Part shown: positions 35,910-50,238 of the stretch, piece by piece
Position numbering within the stretch: the first letter of the stretch is position 1
How the letters are laid out: every line of letters begins with the position of its first letter
From: Schmidtea nova
Lineage: Eukaryota
DNA length: 64,000 nt
Assembly (NCBI GenBank): GCA_044892505.1
Contig: CM097882.1
Coordinates: 376,650,001 to 376,714,000 of the forward strand
Direction: 5' to 3'
Notes under the pieces: generated by a model
Told to the model about the DNA's origin: nothing
The model's input: only the letters and a program-made list of their open reading frames with translations
The model's database searches: none
Translations under genes and position numbers: made by a program

Positions 35910-38018
35910 CTGAATGAATGACAATAAATTAATTCCACACAGTAATATTTATATATAGATTGTATTTTAAGTTACAGCAAGGTTATCGAAAAATATTAAA
36001 GAGATAGATATCATAGAAGCGCAAAACATTAAAAACATTAAAAAAATTAGTTATATATTTATGAAAACTCGAAATTCAATTCACGAAGTGAAAATACAAC
36101 AGAAATTTAAGTTATAAATAACAAATAGAAAAGACTTATTAATTAACACGGAGGTTCTTAAACTTTTTAAAATTTCCTGAGTGGGGGTCCCTTTAAAAAT
36201 TGTTCGATAACTCGCGGACCCCTTTAGTCAGTTATATAATATAAATAAATATGGGTTCGTTTTCGCAGACCCCATTTTGAGAACCACTGAATTGACACGT
36301 TAACAGTCATAGAATAGCTAGCTGGATTGAGCTCTCACCTAATTCATATAACCACATCTTTTAATATTCCCTAGTTAATACGATGTCAGTGCTATCAGTT
36401 CCATAATACTGTATAGAACTCGGATAAATATTAAGTTGAATGGTAAGACAAATTCTTTCAAAAATTCGGCTCAAGTTAATTATTTCAATAATATTAATTC
36501 ATATGTCGTACGCCAAAGTAATTTATAAATATTGTTTCCGGCTCTTGTCTGCATTAAAATAAACTTTCCCAAAACAATGCTTTTATAAGCCAAGAACCAT
36601 TACTGGAAATGAATAAATTTGAAACTTATCTAAAAAAGAAAACTAAGTAAAATTAAACATTTTTTAGAATAAATAAAACGGCATTTTGAAAAAGTTTGTA
36701 CTTTCAAAAAAATTAGTTTTCATGCATTTTTAAAATGAAATGCACTAGAAATTGCAATCCGTTTCACAATTTATCAAACAAAACATGTAATTTGATTTTA
36801 ATTTACTTATTTAAGAAATAGTTATTATTTTCTTTTCTTTTTTTATTCTATTTATACTATAAAATTTTAAAATGAATAATCGTATTTATTTTCTATTATT
36901 TTCTATTAAATAAATTTCGTTTGTTTTATAGCATCAATCATCTCAGTGGAAATCTAGCGCTAAATTCGGCCAATCAATTTTCACATTTTTAATTAACTGT
37001 GACATTTTTCAGTTCAATAACGGTTAATTTATGGATATGTTTCTTAGAAATATGTAGTTTATATTATTTAAACATAAACCGATTGAAATTATTTATATCA
37101 TTTATCATAACTAATTTGTCAGGTATACCGTTAATAATACCTTATTAGGTTATTTATTCTGTAAGCTAACAACTCTGAATTCAGGTGAAGGAAAATATTC
37201 AAGAAGAAATTATAAGCAATTGAAAAGAATTTCGTATTGGGGTGATCAGGATCTTTTTAAGATCGAAATATTTCATCAAATAAACATTACGGAAAAAGTT
37301 TAACACATTTACCTTATTATTATAATTTAACAATTATTTCAAAATTTTCATTATTATAATATAAGCAACTGTTCCGTGTTGTTCCCAATTAGACACCTGA
37401 GTAACCTGTATAACTAATTATTTACCGTAATTATTTATTGCAACTATTGTCTATTCAATAAATAGTAAACAAAATAATTCTTTATTTGTGGTTAACCAAG
37501 TTTCTCGAATTATTGTTACGGAATTAGAACTAACCGAATCAAATGCTGAAACCAAATACTTCACGATAATATTTAATAAATCTTATAATAAAAGATTTTC
37601 GCTTGTAGAGATTTATAATTAATTAAAAAACATTAATCAAATATTAAATTATAAAATAAAATTTTAGGACATTTATAAAATTAATTTTATCACGTGGTAT
37701 GTATAAATTAAATTGTTTGATGTAATTTTTAATGTTTCATTCACTTTCACCAGGTTTATAAATATTTTCTTGAATGACGATTAAAAGTTAAACAAGATAC
37801 TAAATTGAAAAACTTAGCGGATCCAACCTAGAAAAATTTTATGAATGAATATATTTATACGTAAAATGAGATTAAATTTTTTTTATTATTTTGTTATTAT
37901 AAAGTACAGAATAAACGTCATTCAACAATGTCGTAAATAATTGAGATCTCGTTTCAATTCAATTTCGAGAAATAAATATTTACAACCGTTAATAATTTAA
38001 GAACTTTTAAATTGAATA

Positions 38019-38249
38019 NNNNNNNNNNNNNNNNNNNNNNNNNNNNNNNNNNNNNNNNNNNNNNNNNNNNNNNNNNNNNNNNNNNNNNNNNNNNNNNNNN
38101 NNNNNNNNNNNNNNNNNNNNNNNNNNNNNNNNNNNNNNNNNNNNNNNNNNNNNNNNNNNNNNNNNNNNNNNNNNNNNNNNNNNNNNNNNNNNNNNNNNNN
38201 NNNNNNNNNNNNNNNNNNNNNNNNNNNNNNNNNNNNNNNNNNNNNNNNN
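38019..38249. other. Assembly gap (truncates a SIK exon)
   Basis: N run. Confidence 0.99.
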
Positions 38250-38910
38250 TTTGTTTTCTGGAAGTGAAATATTTTTGAGGATAAGAGATAATATATTCTG
38301 GCGATTTAAATGCCTCATATTTTGAAAGAGCATGTAAATTTTCGTTTATTTGGAAAGGATGAAAAGAAGTCTTTTGATTTGGATTAAAAATTTCTTGTAA
38401 AGCCTGCTCGTGGGGAATCGTAACGTCAACGGTAACTGAAGAAGTATTTCTTCTGCGGGCACTATGTTGAGCGTCTTGAAAATCTTGCAATTCATTCGAT
38501 TGATTGTCTAGATTGCATTGTAGAAAGCTATCTCTGGCATCACTTTTTGGAGAGTTAAAAAAGAAATTATTCCTAATACCATCTCCACCGAAATTGTTTG
38601 TAATGTTTTCATAAGGAGAACGTCTGTTGTTCTGAGGTGAAATCTTTTTCTCTGTAATAGTGACTCTTTTAAAATCAGAATTAATATTTTCTATTAAATC
38701 TGGAACTCCCAGTTTAATTGAATTGTTGTCTGATAGAAATTTGATATTATTTAATGTATCTAAGTTGAAGTCGGTTTGTGGCATGCAATTACATTTGCTA
38801 CTAATGTAATCCTGCTTGAGAGGTGGGTAGCTCTGTCTATGAATTCGTAATCTTTCACTCAGTAAAAGATAAATGGCAGTGTGTGGTCCAAAATTTTTAT
38901 TAATCAATTC
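38250..38910 (-). CDS. SIK-family exon: end of the UBA domain plus linker
   Basis: Acceptor at 38911-38912. ELINKNFGPHTAIYLLLSERLRIHRQSYP matches the SIK UBA end ([29 protein letters not shown] in SIK2, from memory). PKA-type site RRRNTS. The exon runs into the gap. Confidence 0.82.
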
Positions 38911-39993
38911 CTGAATATTAAAATTGAATTAAATAAAAACCCAAGTAAAATTGATAATTTAAGAGTTAATAAATTCAGAAAAATAAAAATTGATGAATAT
39001 TTATTGTACGCTTTTTAAATGCTGGGTTCTCAATGAATGATATTCTATATAAAATTGATTTCCATAAAAATATTAAATCAAAAATCTCAATAGCACCATA
39101 ATAATATTTGGAACACGCAAAGAACACATGAACTATCATGCCAATTGAAAAAACCAATCAAATTTTTATTAGCATTAGCAAAAATTTGTCACATGTTTTG
39201 CCTGCAACTTATAATGGAATATTATTGTTGAAGGGAAAAAAGTAAATATTCCCGTTCATATCGAAAATAACAATATCAAATCGGAATCACAGATAATTTA
39301 ATTCAAAATTCATTTATTTAACAATTTTATTTGACTTTTCAATAAAAATACTGACCAAATATCAAATAATTCATATAATAAAAATATTTACAATACATTT
39401 TTTATAACTATCCAGCAAATTTTTAATTTATTTTTCATTTCTCTAGAGAAAAAATCAAATATTTCCAAAATTTGAAAAATTCAGTGTCTAAATTTTGTGT
39501 TGAATAGAAGGAAAATTTATTCTTGATCTATTGACTAAAAAATGAAATTGAAGACGAAAAATATTTTAAAATAAAGGTTTTAATGATATTATTAATTTAA
39601 ATAAAATTTTTAAAAAACTAACAAATTTTACTGAATTTAAATTACTGAAATAAAATATTAAAAAAATTTTCATTAATAAAAAAAGCACATTCGCTATCAA
39701 ATGCTTTTTAACAGGTTACACGTAACATTCATTATGTGTACCTTTTATTATAATAATTACTATTTAAGCCAATGATCATTTAATACAATTAAATCCTTTA
39801 GTGAACCTCATACCGGATCGCCAACTCATAATGGTCTTGACATCGAATGCTTTAGGCAATAATAAAAATTTTATATAGGATGTAGAAATTGAAAATTTCA
39901 CATCAAAATTATTAATTCCGAAATTCATATTGAATAATTTATCAAGAAAATTTCGAGACAATTTTCGAAAGAAAATTATCTCGAAATCTATTA

Positions 39994-40237
39994 CAGGGTT
40001 ATTCCAAACCATATATTCATTTATTCAAAACTATATATTCATCTATTCAAAACTATATATTCATTTATTTTTGAATAAATGAATATATAGTTTTGAATAA
40101 ATGAATATTTAGTTTTGAATAAATGAATATATGGTTTTGAATAAATGAATATATAGTTTTGAATAAATGAATATATAGTTTTGAATAAATGAATATATAG
40201 TTTTGAATAAATGAATATATGGTTTTGAATAACCCTG
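39994..40237. mobile_element. Tc1/mariner-type foldback MITE built from 22-bp subrepeats
   Basis: TA on both sides and TIR CAGGGTTATTC(C/A)AAACCATATATTC. About 3 left and 7 right inverted copies of ttttgaataaatgaatatatag. Confidence 0.82.
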
Positions 40238-40614
40238 TAAGTCACAGCAATAAATCAATATTAAATATTTAAAAACCAGAGCTGTCATTTACAATTCATT
40301 GTTTTACCATTTTAATATCAATGAAAATCTAAGCAACAGAAATGAAACTAACTCACATCTGAAAATCAATTAATTTATTAACAAAGCCTTTCAATGAGTC
40401 TGCAAATTATAGAAAATTCCACAATCACATGACATTTGTAAGTATATTTTGCCAAAAGTCACATGATTAATTTAAAGGCAGTAAAATATATCTAAATATA
40501 GTAGCAATTCTTTGTGCAAATTGTTTATTTTGAATCCAATATTAGAAAATAAACAGAATTGTTGTTTAACTAGTAAATTCCATTTCAATAGTTCTTTCCG
40601 AACTACTGATTTAA

Positions 40615-40816
40615 CCTTTTGCACTCCGTTGGCGACTAAATGCCGCCACTATGTATACATGTACAAACCAAATTCACCAGTTACTAATATATCTAGTGTT
40701 TTGAATGCACATTTGAATGATACCATTTTTAATTAATTTAGTCTTAAGTCTACATTTTTGTTTGAAATTGCAAAAATGTATGCTGGGGTAACAGGTATGT
40801 CATACAAAAAAAAGGG
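40615..40816. mobile_element. Probable piggyBac-type MITE (202 bp)
   Basis: TTAA-CCTTTT ... AAAAGGG-TTAA. Carries a subterminal GGTATGTCATAC like the full-length piggyBac. The TIR is short and imperfect. Confidence 0.5.
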
Positions 40817-42023
40817 TTAATAAGAAAATAGAATAAAGATGATAAATTATTTTCAAATCTGCTTCACAAATGATTTTTTTCCTCTATTGCCTTTATCCTC
40901 ATTTATCACTTTAGATTAATGATCAATATTTAATTTTATATTTAAATACTGATCGAATTAAACCCCATAAATGTCGTTCTACTAATTTGCACGCAAAAAT
41001 AATTTCCCCGGCACATGCCTGACATCTCCAAAAACTGGTGAACTTTGAAACAGAATGATATATCGATTTTTAAACAATTATTATTTTCCTCTTCAACATA
41101 GTTAGATCAGTAAAAATATTTAAAGATATATTTTGACGTATTTTGAAACATTAACTAGTTTCTTACATGATTACCATGAATTTTCGGCAGTCTTTTTAAG
41201 CGTTTTTTAAATTTGAAAGAAATTCCAAAATGAATGAAAATTAAATTTTCAATTTAACACAACATTATTGGATTGTGGAAAATTCTTTTATTTTCGTCCT
41301 GTGTGTTAATTGCGGGCATTGAATAATTCAAAATTTATCATTTGTTAGTGATATCTCTTGAAACGAATAAGAACTACAAAATTATTTAATAAAATTTTTT
41401 TAACTACGTCACATTTTTCTAAAAAAATCAAACCGCAAATCAACTGTTAATTAGGTTTTACAAATTTAGAAAGAGCATTTTCAATAAATCAACAAACTTA
41501 TGTGAAATGCTAACAGAACAATGATACCAGTAAAAGAATATTTTGTTGATTAAAATGTTACAATCTTATTTACAATTTATTCATTGATATCATTCGGAAA
41601 ATGTGAAATTTATAGTGATATTAAGGAGATGTTTGCACCAATTGTTTGGAAATGTTTATAATTGGCTGTGATTAACGTTGATACTGACGTTTTCTCGGCT
41701 TAGAAATGGAAAATATTAGACAATGTTTAAGTTCATTTTAAGTAGAAAAAATTATTCCCTAATTTTCTTAGTTCATCACAGATATTTATTAGTACATTAT
41801 AATTTAGCTTTAGAATATCTGCTTAATAGAATACAGTACGCATCATCATATCGTAAGTTGCTTGGTTGAATTCTACTGTCCAAAACTAAATTCCTCAAGT
41901 ATTGTGCACAATCCCGAGATGCAGAACATTTACTGTTATCAGTATTTAGGTATTGTGATATCAGTATAATTATTATTTATATTTGTTTTTATTGGAATTT
42001 TGGATTTTATTATTTTAAAATAC

Positions 42024-42072
42024 TTATATTCAATACCATTATAGTGCGGAGTTGAAGCATTGTTTTCCGGAT
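42024..42072 (-). CDS. Candidate SIK micro-exon
   Basis: Acceptor tttttag, frame .PENNASTPHYNGIEY, two possible GT donors (after 42037 or 42024). No homology support. Confidence 0.3.
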
Positions 42073-42599
42073 CTAAAAATACTGTAACCGACAGTATATC
42101 ATTACTAAAATATACTTGGGTGACGACAGTTACCGCATAGACCAATAAGCGCAAATTTTCCGTAATTCGACGATTAAGTGTTAAATTGAAAATTTACGAT
42201 TACATTTTAAGACAAAAAATCATAACATATTGAAAACCTTTGACAATTATGTCCCATGTGGTTCTAGTTAATTATCGGTTATTACGAATATATTCGCTTC
42301 GTTCTAATTCTTGCAAATATATATTATTATACTTGATCTCTCTCTCACACACACACATAATATTTTTCGCAAATATATCTAACTTACAGCCAGTTATTTG
42401 TACTTAGAAGGAATAAATTCTTGCATTTCACTGAGATAACCACATAATAACAACAAAACAGGAAACCAATCAGTCAAACAAAGTGATATAAGGTTGAATA
42501 CACGAAATACAATAAGACACACGAAGAATCCACCTTTCGCTTATATCACTGTCTGCATCAATGATATAATACGTGCTCGAGTCACTAGTGTCCGTGATA

Positions 42600-43174
42600 A
42601 TATGTTTGCTTGCTTGGGACATCGAACACTCCACTTCGTCTCATGTTGATTTGTCCTTTTCTCAAGTCTTTTTCTCAGATGAGTGGAAGTACCAGTGTCA
42701 GTTTCAATCCACACCACGAGTATGACACAATTCAAACAGGCCGGCACCCGTTAAAACCTCCGTAAAATTTCTCGCGAGGTCATGGTGTGATTCATGATGT
42801 GTCCAAAAGGCGCCACCCAACTGCACTTCGTTGAAGGGACTATGAACTCTTATATGCAGCGAATTACACCACAGGCAGATGGAGGTACTTGTAACACTTC
42901 TTAGCGGTCTATGGGATATCTCAGTTTGTCAAATATTACCGCATTACCATGGCCGAGCAATAGTTTCGACATTAATTTGATAGAAACATTATAAGGCATT
43001 GCATAGAGGCGCCTCCGAGTGAGTACAGTGACAACCAAACAAGGTTTCTGTGCTGTCATCGCAGATGTTTGATTGTAGAACGTTTTACTTTCTAAGACAT
43101 GTCAGAAAACTGTGGAATTGCCTGATCGAGTACAGACAGTGATACGGGCGAGAGGTGAACACACCAAATATTAG
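42600..43174 (+). mobile_element. Tc1 transposase C-terminal remnant
   Basis: FFSDE, PWPSNSFDINLIE (degenerate WPxxSPDLNPIE) and LPDRVQTVIRARGEHTKY-stop. Many lesions. Confidence 0.85.
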
Positions 43175-43971
43175 TAATTTTTCATGTTCTAAAAAACCTT
43201 ATTGAACTTAATGCATCTAACCATGACCTTGTTCGATTGATTTATTACATGAATTGTGTAACCATATTGTTCTTTCATTAAACTGCAAGGATTTAATGCT
43301 CTACAGTTCAGAAAACTGACTGTTACTTATATACTTATTCGTGGGAAAATCAACAAGCATACAACATAAGTACTTTATACAAGAATGTCACTGAACACGC
43401 TATTATATTTGGTTATCAAAAATATACATAGGTAGAAATAAATTCAACACAAAAAAACAGAACTCGATTCTGGTTAATAGTTTGCACCAATTATTTTCTT
43501 GATTTCCACCTTCCAATGGAGTAGTAATTACGTCTCACTATCCTAATGGTGATATTGTGAAGTAAACTCATGTCGTATTCTAAATTTCTGCATAGTCTCG
43601 TATCATTTTTCCCTTTATCAGCTGACATACTATCTTGATTGCAAAAATTTAATTTACTGATGAATTGTCATTAAAAAAACAACTTCCAATCTCATGTAGT
43701 TTGATTAAATAGTTTTATTATTTGTATTAGTTATAAATTTCCTCTATACATTGAATAATTATATAATTCAGGACAGATATTTTTTTAATGAATTGTACCT
43801 AATATAAATAGACAAATAATTAGTTTTCTCACTTCACAAATTTCAGCACGATTTATACCACATCTTTCCATTATTTGAATAGCATGCTCATTGAAATCAA
43901 ACTCCTATAAAATAAAAAATAGCCTTTAAATATAATTACAAATACTATTTTCAGCCTCATAAATTATATTC

Positions 43972-44108
43972 NNNNNNNNNNNNNNNNNNNNNNNNNNNNN
44001 NNNNNNNNNNNNNNNNNNNNNNNNNNNNNNNNNNNNNNNNNNNNNNNNNNNNNNNNNNNNNNNNNNNNNNNNNNNNNNNNNNNNNNNNNNNNNNNNNNNN
44101 NNNNNNNN
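43972..44108. other. Assembly gap
   Basis: N run. Confidence 0.99.
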
Positions 44109-47100
44109 AAATGGCGCTAAGACAAAATGGTAACGAAAAAATATAAGATGAAATAGCCATAGTAAAAAATTAAATAACTTATTTATTAAAATTAACGTTT
44201 TGTCCATGTAATTTTGTCCAGTCACCCAATAAATTAAATATAACTACAAATCTTTGATCAATAAATGGACAATAAAATCAAAGTAACGATTTATCTAATA
44301 ATTGATTTGATACAGAATTTCATATATTTTCATTTTTTCAAACAATAGTTCAAATGATTTTTCGTTTTCGATTCAACACAGATTTTTGGCACTGCCTTTT
44401 TTTCTTTAAATAAAAATTGGAAAAAAATCAGTGTCGAAGTTTGTGTTGAATTGAAAAAGAATTTTTTCTCAATATATTGTTTGAAAAATATCGAAATTGT
44501 AAAAAGATCAAAGGTGAAGAAAATTAAAGATTTTAATAATGATAAAAATAAGTGTTTTGACTAATAACACTTTTTTAAGAAAGTTATGATTATTTAAATT
44601 AACTGAATTTTAAAATAAAATCGCTTTAATTCCGACACTTTATTAAGAATGGTCTCTCTTTACCCGATTTATCCATGAACGTAACATATTTTAATGCTAA
44701 AACTTTAAATTAAAGCATATACTTAACAATTGATTAAATGGTTTATTTTGTTTTCTATCAACAAACGCTATATATCAAAGTTTGTTTAAAGGTCTACTTT
44801 AGAATTATCAGTTGTAATCAGTTGTCATATCACCTTATTTTTAATAATTCGCATTTGAAAGTACAGAAAAACTGGAAACAAACTCAAATTTATGAAAATT
44901 GTAATTCAAAATTTAGATTTGACTTTTATAATTGCAAGCCTTGTCATAATGCAGGTACGAATTTAGAGGAAAGGAATAGTTAATCACGTTATAATAAAGT
45001 AATTATACAAATATAAATATAATAAACTTAAGTGGTTAGCCTTCGCTGCAGTATTTATTTCAACGAAATATTTCGATTTAAAAAATATTCTGTTCACTCC
45101 AATACTAAATTTTTTCCAATTGATTTTTCACTTCTTCATGCTTTCCTCTCCTTCCTTCAATTCTGATTTTATTATCAAAATTTAAACAAATTAAAATTAT
45201 TGATTTAGATATTAAAATTTTGAAAAATCAAAATATTGAAATTTATTTTGGTGGTATTCAGAAATAATTTTATTGGAAATGAATTTTAAATTGTTTAAAT
45301 TTTTATATTAAAAACGGGACTGAGCGAAAGGAAAGAAAGAAGGAGCGAAAAATCAATTGGAAATAATTTAGAATTGGAGTGATTAGGAATTTTTAAAAAT
45401 CGAAAGATTTCATTGAAATAGACATTATAGAAGAGTAACCATTTTTATTTCTTTTATTAAATAATAAAGTGATTGATTAGATGAATTATGACGGTTGCTG
45501 TACTTTGACAGATATTTCTCCTTGTATACAATGACAAATTAATTCTACACGATTTCATGTTTTTCAGACAATATATCAGAGTTTGCCTGCATACTGATGA
45601 GATAAGTTGATTTTGTTTACAAAAATGCATTGTTTATAACTGCGTACTGAAATAGAAAAAGTTCTTTCAGTTTCCAATTGTGAAACTGTTGTCAATTACT
45701 AAATTTTAAGTGCTACAAAATTAAGCATATCACCAATACACATAATTAAAATATGGGCGGAGTGAAAATGTAAACATATTCTTTAATAAAATAATTTCTA
45801 CATTTCAATAATGAATTTTAACATATTTTTTTGCAAAAAAACCATTTCCCAATGGAATCCGTATAAAGAACTCGCTTATATTCAAATTGAACCAGAAGAA
45901 ACAAAAGGGATAAATATAATTATCTAAAAAATATTTGCATCTGTAATAAAAAATAAAATTTCGTTCAAAATTATAAAATAGTTTATAAATTCTCGATTTT
46001 AGTCTGGAAAAATTCCAATAAAAAAAATTTGAGCACGATGAAATATTTTTAAGTTTATATGATTAAAATTTCTTTGGAAACGCATTAAAACAACAAAAGG
46101 ATATTTTATTTGAAAAGTTTCATAGTTTGTTTAAATGTATTCTGATTTATGATTTAGAAAATTCATTTCAACAATAACAATTGTCAATGAACTAAATAAG
46201 ATGCAGAGAATCAATTTAAGCAGACATTAATTCACATTTGTGCAACTGACATAAACAGCTAAAATTTCACCGTGAAATTTCTTAAAATATTTACACCGTT
46301 TGTGACGCACTAAATGATTCTATTACATCAGCAAAATGCTGCAATAACAAACATTTTGAAAACAAAGTAAAATTTACTTTAAAAAATTGTCTTTAATATT
46401 AATAAATCTTAAAACTTGTACATTAATTATAATAAAATTCCGGAATGAACCCTCCACTGTAAACAATACCCGATTTTGCACAATTAGATTTTAAATTTTC
46501 GATCATTCCATCCGATAAAATTGATGAAAGAACGCTTATAAAAAATTTATCCTCAAATGATAAAATCCTAGCTGTAACATTGGCTATATGAGGAGGGCGC
46601 CAATACGTTTGTAGCAGTACATCTGATCTTAGGGGTACAATGGGATAAAATGGATAATGAAAAAATAAATTAGTTAAATCAGTAGATTAAACCAATGAAA
46701 ATGAATAAAGATTTTTATCAATTTTAATTTAAAATTTATTCTATTTAATTCACTTTCCAAGCCAGTATTTCTTAACCTTTATCGTTATTTGCATCTCTTT
46801 GGGATTGGAAAAAGATTATTGCACCCGTTCAAAAAATAATAAACTTTATTACGATATTAATTAAAAAGCTCGACTAAAATAGTGATTATCATCCATATAT
46901 TCAGTCTGAATAAAAATGGGGCCTATTTTCCATATTTTTTATATGTAGATCTCCGACCGAGTTGAGAATAATTTTTAAACATAAAATCTTTGATTTAAAA
47001 TATTATGACATTAGATGGAAATCAAGCCTCTTTTCTAGCATGCCTAAGGAGTGCGTATACCTCGGGTTAAGAATCACTGTTCTACGGAATAAAATATCAT

Positions 47101-48094
47101 TAAAATTTTACTTTTTTTATGAAATGTAAAGTAAATTGATCCATTGAAATTTTATTGAAATAAAAAACAAATGTATATTGTGACGAGAAAAACAATGCAA
47201 CTTCTGAAACTGATAAATAAAAAAATAACAAGACGAGCGACAAAAATATTGAGAACAAAATGTTGCTAATGACTCACAAGACCCGGATTGCAATGTCAAA
47301 TTGTGAAATATAATATTTGCCACGACAAATCCAAACTACGCAAGCGTGCCGCCGGACAGCCAAATGTTACCGTATGCCTTATCACATATAGTAATTACCA
47401 GTCTGTTCCACTAATTATATTTCTGCTTTTTATTATAGGCAAATTCATCAGTCCATTTGACTGTATATTAATTATAGGATAAATTTTCCAGACATGAAAT
47501 TAATAGGCGACATTAAAGTAAACTAGTACATCTACTACTACAAATCAGAGTAAATCAGTAAATGAGAAACATTCATTAGAAATCCAATTGCAACATGATA
47601 TAATGACTGGCCCCCACAGCCAGGAAAGTACAACATTGTCACATGCATTAGATTATTACATCTGCTGCTACCGGCTTTGGTGTAAGTCGCTTTGCATTTC
47701 ACATTGACAAATGTGATTGATTTTAAATGCAGAAAATAAATGTTATTGTTTTTCAACAAGAAACTTTTAGAATTTTTACGTCTCGAATTATAAATCTCGC
47801 GAGAATCACTGAAAATAAACCAAAAATATTTGCAGGATATGGAAATAACTGGTATCCGTGTAAATAGAGATTTTAATTAAACTAAATTGAATAAAACTAA
47901 ATTTTTCAAAAATATCAATCTATTCTTTTAAGGAATAGAATAATTGGGGTGAATTAACAGACAAGTACCGATTAAATGTTAAAATAAGGAAATTCCTTAT
48001 TTAATATAGACGATGAAAAAGAGGACCGTTTTAGAAATTTAAAAGTACAACAAAAAAATTTCAAATTTTATTTATAAAATTTTAACCTTTAATC

Positions 48095-48466
48095 GGTACT
48101 TTTCTGTTAATTCACCTCAATTATTCTATTTTTATTTTTCAAAGAAATGAATAAATTTATTCAAATATAAAACAACATCAAGCGTATTCTGTTGATCTGT
48201 CAGCGACAAAGTCATGATATGATAGTTTGAACAGCGACGCAGGCTATGCACAATTCCATGTTGCTGAAGGAACTGCAGACTACTTCTTTTATCATTACAT
48301 AAAACGGATAATTGTAACAAACTTATATTAATATTTTAATATTTATTTTGTTATTTATTTGTGCAACTTCAGCTAAACACTATAAAGGTTATTAAAAAAT
48401 TGAATAATTTAACTGAATTAATTTAAATGATTAAAAATAATTGAGGTGAATTAACAGACAAGTACC
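48095..48466 (-). mobile_element. Merlin (ISXO2/IS1595-like) internally deleted element (372 bp)
   Basis: TIR GGTACTT(T/G)TCTGTTAATTCACCTCAATTATT and 8-bp TSD CTTTAATC (48087-48094, 48467-48474). The internal LQFLQQHGIVHSLRRCSNYHIMTL resembles the Merlin N-terminal Zn-ribbon region. Confidence 0.78.
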
Positions 48467-49057
48467 CTTTAATCTTTTTTATTTCAAAAATTTAATATTT
48501 GTTTTAGTTACTATTCTTTTTGTTTTAATTTTTCGCTACTCACAAAAATTAAATGATATACTTACTTATTTAATGTGAGCATTGTTTAATAAAAACACAT
48601 AAATATAAAACGCAAATATAAAACAACATCAAGCGTATTCTGTTGATCTGTCAGCGACAAAGTCATGATATGATAGTTTGAACAGCGACGCAGGCTATGC
48701 ACAATTCCATGTTGCTGAAGGAACTGCAGACTACTTCTTTTATCATTACATAAAACGGATAATTGTAACAAACTTATATTAATATTTTAATATTTATTTT
48801 GTTATTTATTTGTGCAACTTCAGCTAAACACTATAAAGGTTATTAAAAAATTGAATAATTTAACTGAATTAATTTAAATGATTAAAAATAATTGAGGTGA
48901 ATTAACAGACAAGTACCCTTTAATCTTTTTTATTTCAAAAATTTAATATTTGTTTTAGTTACTATTCTTTTTGTTTTAATTTTTCGCTACTCACAAAAAT
49001 TAAATGATATACTTACTTATTTAATGTGAGCATTGTTTAATAAAAACACATAAATAT
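48162..49057. repeat. 451-bp near-identical tandem duplication covering most of the Merlin element and its right flank
   Basis: Identical text at offset 451 (TIR ends at 48466 and 48917). Confidence 0.92.
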
Positions 49058-49652
49058 CATTAAAATTAAAAAAAATTTTAATTTCTTAATTGAAATCCAA
49101 CAATGTTCATAAAATATTATTTATTTTCAGCCGTCATCAAATATTCAATGACAAGACTTATGTCATTAATAAGTTTGACAGAAATTTAGAAAAACTTACT
49201 ATTTAATAAGGATGTCATAAACAGTAAAAATAAGAACAAATTAGTTTATTAAAGAAGATTATAATATAACAAGTCCGATTTCTAAAATCACAAATCAGAA
49301 CGGCTGGCAACTCAATTCCGCAGATTCAAAATAAAATTGTTCCGTCATATTCATCATACTATTTTATCAAAAAATATAGAAATATATAATATTTAAGAAA
49401 TTTTATCAGAAATATATAATATTTAAGTTTTAAATTCCGAAAGCAATTGCCAATGTTAAAAAACAATTTTAGTCAACTTTAGATCTACAAATTTCTGTAT
49501 TCGTGTTGAATTTTGAATATTGTGCTAAGCAGAAAATTACAATTTCAAATTACCATTGAAATAATAAATTGCACTTTTAGTTGAAACACAAACAATATTT
49601 ACTTTGTTTTCTGAATTTGTTAGTATTGGCATTTTGACCTGAATGGGCTTAC

Positions 49653-49769
49653 AAAAATCATTGACTGGCTCGTCGAATCCTGAATCTGCTCCCAATGTAT
49701 TACATCGCTGAGAATTATGGACAAGAGTTGACGAATGCCATAATTCTTTGTCAGATTTGTGTAATGATT
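49653..49769 (-). CDS. Candidate SIK exon between the kinase and UBA domains
   Basis: ttttag acceptor and gtaagc donor, 117 nt open frame, phase 1-1 (ESLHKSDKELWH...DEPVNDF), compatible with the upstream exon phase. Confidence 0.45.
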
Positions 49770-49783
49770 CTAAAATTGCATGG

Positions 49784-49789
<6 letters not shown>

Positions 49790-49849
<60 letters not shown>
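49790..49849. repeat. (TA)n microsatellite
   Basis: Direct reading. Confidence 0.97.
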
Positions 49850-49852
<3 letters not shown>

Positions 49853-50151
49853 GAATGGGTTGGAGCCGGCTCGGTCCGGCTCGTGCGAGCCGGTCGTTAA
49901 ATTACCCCTTAAACCAAAAATTAAGCCATTTTAATATTAAGAAAAGGGCACGATAATGATGTTTCTGCAAATAAACAAGGCATATGGACTCTACATCAGC
50001 GTTTCCCAAAGTGGGTTCCGCAAATTTTTTGTAAATAAATATATTTATAAAAAAAAAGATTTATAAATAAAGATTAATAAATAATTCTCGATTTTATTCG
50101 ATCCAATTTAAAATTCTTTTTCAATTCCATTGATATTGCCTTCAAAAATGC

Positions 50152-50153
<2 letters not shown>

Positions 50154-50233
<80 letters not shown>
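50154..50233. repeat. (TA)n microsatellite
   Basis: Direct reading. Confidence 0.97.

Positions 50234-50238
<5 letters not shown>

Noticed and set aside
36147-36289. Tiny hAT-like MITE (right end ttgagaaccactg; related end at 49985)
   Set aside because: The left TIR is too degenerate and there is no TSD, so it is not supportable as a feature.
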